NCBI GenBank assembly: GCA_010356995.1
Contig: ML996700.1
Coordinates: 62,001 to 126,000 of the forward strand
Direction: 5' to 3'
DNA: 64,000 nucleotides
From: Trichodelitschia bisporula
Lineage: Eukaryota
Made by a program: the position numbers and the translations under genes. Shown here one piece after another: positions 62,463 through 64,000 of the stretch. Under the pieces are notes generated by a model. It made no database searches and was not told the origin of the DNA. It saw nothing but the letters and a program-made list of their open reading frames with translations. Position 1 is the first letter of the stretch, and every line of letters begins with the position of its first letter.

Positions 62463-64000
62463 TCAAACAACCCTCCGGCTAAGTCTCTTATTCTCTCTCT
62501 TCCTCTTCAGCTTCATTGCCTCCCTCTTCCTCGCCTTCCAAGCCCGATTGTTCTCCCCACGATGCTCCCAAAACCATTTCGAGAACTCGCTCTCATCCTC
62601 ACCATCCTTTGCCGTTCCATTACCCTCAATGGCCCCCTTACTAGCTGGAGGAGCCTCAGCTCCGACGTCAGTCTCAGACTCCGAGTCCTTTCCGTCCTGC
62701 ATTTCCTCATCCTCGTCTTCTTCACTCCGCTCTTCCGCGAAGAAAAACTGACGGTCGACAGCCGCCGTATCGGGCGTAGGTGCCGCACTGCGAATGCGTC
62801 GCTGGCGATCCTGACCGAAGGGCGTCTGCGGAAAGTCTTCGGGCACTGCATGGGCATCCTCCATGTCCTCCTGGTCTTCGCCGATAGCGTCGAAAAACTT
62901 GAATGAGGTGTTGATAGGGGCTGGCTTGGGAGTTCCTACGGTGGGGTCGGGGCGCTTGAAGAGCGCTTCCAGGGGGTGAACCTCCGTAGCCTCAGAAGTC
63001 GGTTCAGCAGAGGGTTTCGATGTAGACTTAAGCGACTCCAGATCGTCCAATGCCTGTTCAGACACAGAATCGTGCTCCGAACTATCAGAGTCACCCTCGG
63101 ATTCGTCTTCGCTGGACGAAGATGTGTCTCCGACAGAGCTCTCTGAATGATCCGATTCAACCTCCACACTAGACTTGTTCCCCACGGCTTTTTGGGCGGC
63201 GAGAGCGTCCTCTTCAGCTTGGGCTTTCCTCTTTGCCTCCTCAGCTTCCTTCCGACGTTGCTCCTCCTGCGCCGCTTTCCCTTCCCTACGCCTCTGTTTA
63301 GACTCGGACTCTTGTTCAATAACATTGCCATCCTCGTCGGCCCAACCTTTGCCTTCAAGGTATTCATGGGCCATCTTAGCATCTCCGGAGACCTTGGTGG
63401 TTTTGAGGAATGTCGCATGCTTCTGCGTCCTCTCGAACTCATGCACAACAAGCTCGCGGCTTTTGCTCTTCTTCTTTGACCTTTCCACGGGTGCTGGGAC
63501 ATTCGGCGGCAGTTTAGTGCGAAAGAGTACCTCCGGCTCATTGGTATATTTGGACGGCTCCCGTTTCCGCTTCTTGTCGTCCTTGGTTGAAGCCTCACTC
63601 TTCTTCTCTTTCTTGTCCCTCTTGGCCTTCTGCTTCTCCGACTCTGGCTCCGTGCGCCCACGCTTCACGACTCTGCCTTCCGGAAGCTCATATCCGAGCA
63701 AAACGCCGTCGCCGCGCTTGACCTTCTTGGACTTCTTCTTCGGCTCATCATCTTCAGCCACCGCAGCAGGTTGCTCTTCCTCCTTCAACTTGCGTTTCTT
63801 GTCCTTCTTATTCTCCTTCTCCTCGCGTGCCTCCTCGATCTTGACTTTGCTGCCTTTGAGGATGGCGCCGTTGAGCTTCTTGCGCAGCTTCTCCGCTTCC
63901 GTCTTGGGCATTTCGACGTATCCAAATCCCTTCTCCGGGAATGTTTGCAGGGTATGAAACGAGATGTTTGTCGCAAGAGGAAGTAGACTAGGCGGCAAAT
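62463..64000 (-). CDS. Lys/Glu/Ser-rich RRM protein, probably nucleolar (Nop8-like); 5'-truncated
   Basis: RNP1-like KGFGYVEM, LNGAILKGSKVKIEEAR, acidic/Ser tracts and C-terminal FWEHRGENNRAWK. Confidence 0.75.
   Translation of the reverse strand, partial: LPPSLLPLATNISFHTLQTFPEKGFGYVEMPKTEAEKLRKKLNGAILKGSKVKIEEAREEKENKKDKKRKLKEEEQPAAVAEDDEPKKKSKKVKRGDGVLLGYELPEGRVVKRGRTEPESEKQKAKRDKKEKKSEASTKDDKKRKREPSKYTNEPEVLFRTKLPPNVPAPVERSKKKSKSRELVVHEFERTQKHATFLKTTKVSGDAKMAHEYLEGKGWADEDGNVIEQESESKQRRREGKAAQEEQRRKEAEEAKRKAQAEEDALAAQKAVGNKSSVEVESDHSESSVGDTSSSSEDESEGDSDSSEHDSVSEQALDDLESLKSTSKPSAEPTSEATEVHPLEALFKRPDPTVGTPKPAPINTSFKFFDAIGEDQEDMEDAHAVPEDFPQTPFGQDRQRRIRSAAPTPDTAAVDRQFFFAEERSEEDEDEEMQDGKDSESETDVGAEAPPASKGAIEGNGTAKDGEDESEFSKWFWEHRGENNRAWKARKREAMKLKRKRENKRLSRRVV

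Overview
Gene-dense fungal nuclear DNA, most consistent with a filamentous ascomycete (Pezizomycotina; exact taxon not determinable here). Introns are mostly short (~40-60 nt) GT-AG spliceosomal introns with CTRAY-type branch points, so I rebuilt genes by hand-splicing the ORF track. About 25 protein genes are supported: BCS1, an OPT transporter, a chromate transporter, mitoribosomal mL50, AP-2 alpha, PLPBP/YggS, an SDR, a Crd2-like metallothionein, ATG11, a CENP-H-like protein, a GH10 xylanase, VPS35, a methyltransferase, an Egh16/GAS1-like protein, OSH4/KES1, GDT1, BTA1, complex I NUXM, an RRM protein and several conserved hypotheticals. There is also an intron-containing tRNA-Val(AAC) and an ICMT-like pseudogene. 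I saw no transposon, CRISPR array or secondary-metabolite cluster, and no clearly novel multi-gene system. The best leads are at the RNA level: an intron-retention switch giving ATG11 two C-termini (one with a W-x-x-L motif), a structured H/ACA-like element in an oversized intron, recurrent AAG/GAG splice acceptors, and a pseudogene whose two stops would both read as Trp if A-to-I edited. Family assignments come from recognised motifs, not database searches.
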